A stretch of DNA of 60,207 nt, counting the filler, from Hausera hauseri (Eukaryota): the NCBI GenBank assembly GCA_046269625.1. It is 12 parts of 12 records of this genome, joined end to end, with 100 filler letters (N's around TTAATTAATTAA, not from the genome) between each part and the next. Parts side by side here need not be neighbours in the genome. Positions count along the whole stretch, not along the records: positions 54,539 to 60,207 come from JBJURY010209744.1; 11 more parts are not named here. One strand, 5' to 3'. Every line of letters begins with the position of its first letter. The stretch's first letter is position 1. The notes beneath the pieces are model-generated. The model saw only the letters and a program-made list of their open reading frames with translations, searched no databases and had not been told where the DNA came from. The position numbers and the translations under genes were made by a program. Of the stretch, positions 59,329 to 60,207 are shown piece by piece.

Positions 59329-60207
59329 ATGGTAAGTTTTTCTCCTATTTGTGTTCATCAAATAATTGCTTTGTTTTACATGTGTCAACTTTACAAAGAA
59401 TGCTTCGCTCCAATCCATTTCCGGAAACCTGCCATAGTACTATGATTAAATACTATGGCCACATGTTCAACAGAATCCAATATTATATATGCCATACATG
59501 TGAGGTAGTGTGTAGGACAGTTTACGAGGAATTCTACAATGTGCATAAACAGCACTTGATTTCCTTCGTCAAATCGAAAAAACAAATATTCTATAACAAG
59601 ATGCCAGCAACGTCTATTGTGTCAAAAGAAAACCAGAGGTGCAGTTCATATATGTATTGCACATGTGCAATACATAGCCCCGAGAATTGTCACAATACCA
59701 TCAGGAGCTATTATGGCCACAAATACAATAGGATCCTCTATTATATTTGCCCAGGATGAGACTGTATCCGATGGACAATACATACAGTTCTATGAAGATC
59801 ACAAGCATCATCTGACTGACTTTGCATCAAAGTCCAAGAAGATCATATTTAATGAGCATAGACCATTTGCACAGTCCGCAGTACAGTCAGCAGTACAGCC
59901 CGCAGTACAGCCCGCAAGAGTAAAACGCCCATCAGGTCCATCTGCTGCCTCAGACTCAACAGGTGTAGCAGCTCCATCAAAAAGCCAAAGACATCGGCTA
60001 GTTGATGCTGCTGCATTAAAGAAAGAAGTCCGCAAATATCATTGATGCAGCTGGGCAAAGAAACATCAAGGAGTTCCTGGAATATGCAAAGGAAGAAACA
60101 GAGGGGATCCTCCAGGACAATATGACTGAACTCAAGGCCCTTAAGGTTAATATGAAACTTGAGGCCACATACGTCAATGTCGATGCTGAAGAATCAAATA
60201 GGGCCTT
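59329..60207 (+). pseudogene. N-terminus of a second Polinton-type pPolB gene (paralog of 10617-11600), truncated by window end
   Basis: FYEDHKHHL vs FYDDHKAHL; ETEGILQDNMTELKALKVNMKLEATY..EESNRA vs ETAGILQDNLIELRAIKINLLLEATF..EESNRA. ATG followed by GTAAGT donor at 59329-59337. Confidence 0.8.

Noticed and set aside
59873-59915. 12-nt tandem repeat (QSAV/QPAV)
   Set aside because: Simple linker expansion within the pPolB N-terminus.
1-60207. Giant-virus genome (PolB, AAA ATPase, RING, tRNA synthetase present)
   Set aside because: The PolB is protein-primed Polinton type, most genes are decayed fragments, coding density is low, spliceosomal introns are present, and no NCLDV core genes were recognised.

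Overview
This window is not one continuous locus. It is 12 separate contigs (about 4-7 kb each) joined by identical 100-bp spacers (44 N + TTAATTAATTAA + 44 N), so nothing can be linked across a spacer except by homology. Eleven contigs look like repeat-rich, AT-rich DNA from a eukaryote, probably an animal with very short (33-49 nt) GT-AG introns. They hold a spliced TRAF-like gene, decayed Ty3/gypsy LTR retrotransposons, two Polinton/adintovirus-type pPolB remnants, a full-length mariner, an RTE fragment and scattered intronless fragments of housekeeping genes. One contig (22339-29390) is bacterial: an integron with an intI pseudogene and at least 7 attC-bounded cassettes (merC plus a GDCCVxC protein with an in-frame UGA, a DUF2335 pair, DinB, GFA, AcpA, a PH-domain relic, ddpX/vanX). 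Three main candidate novelties. (1) Three contigs tile a large gypsy family in which a chuvirus/gB-like fusion glycoprotein sits upstream of, and in frame with, the protease and pol. It is preceded by a ubiquitin-like and AT-hook region, and the usual 3' env slot instead carries an FN3-TM receptor-like protein and a RING-finger ORF. (2) Two other gypsy elements have a ubiquitin-like domain ending in GG fused in front of Gag. (3) The pPolB elements carry exon-encoded CX5CX4HX4C repeats. All family assignments are by motif recognition by eye; no database searches were run.
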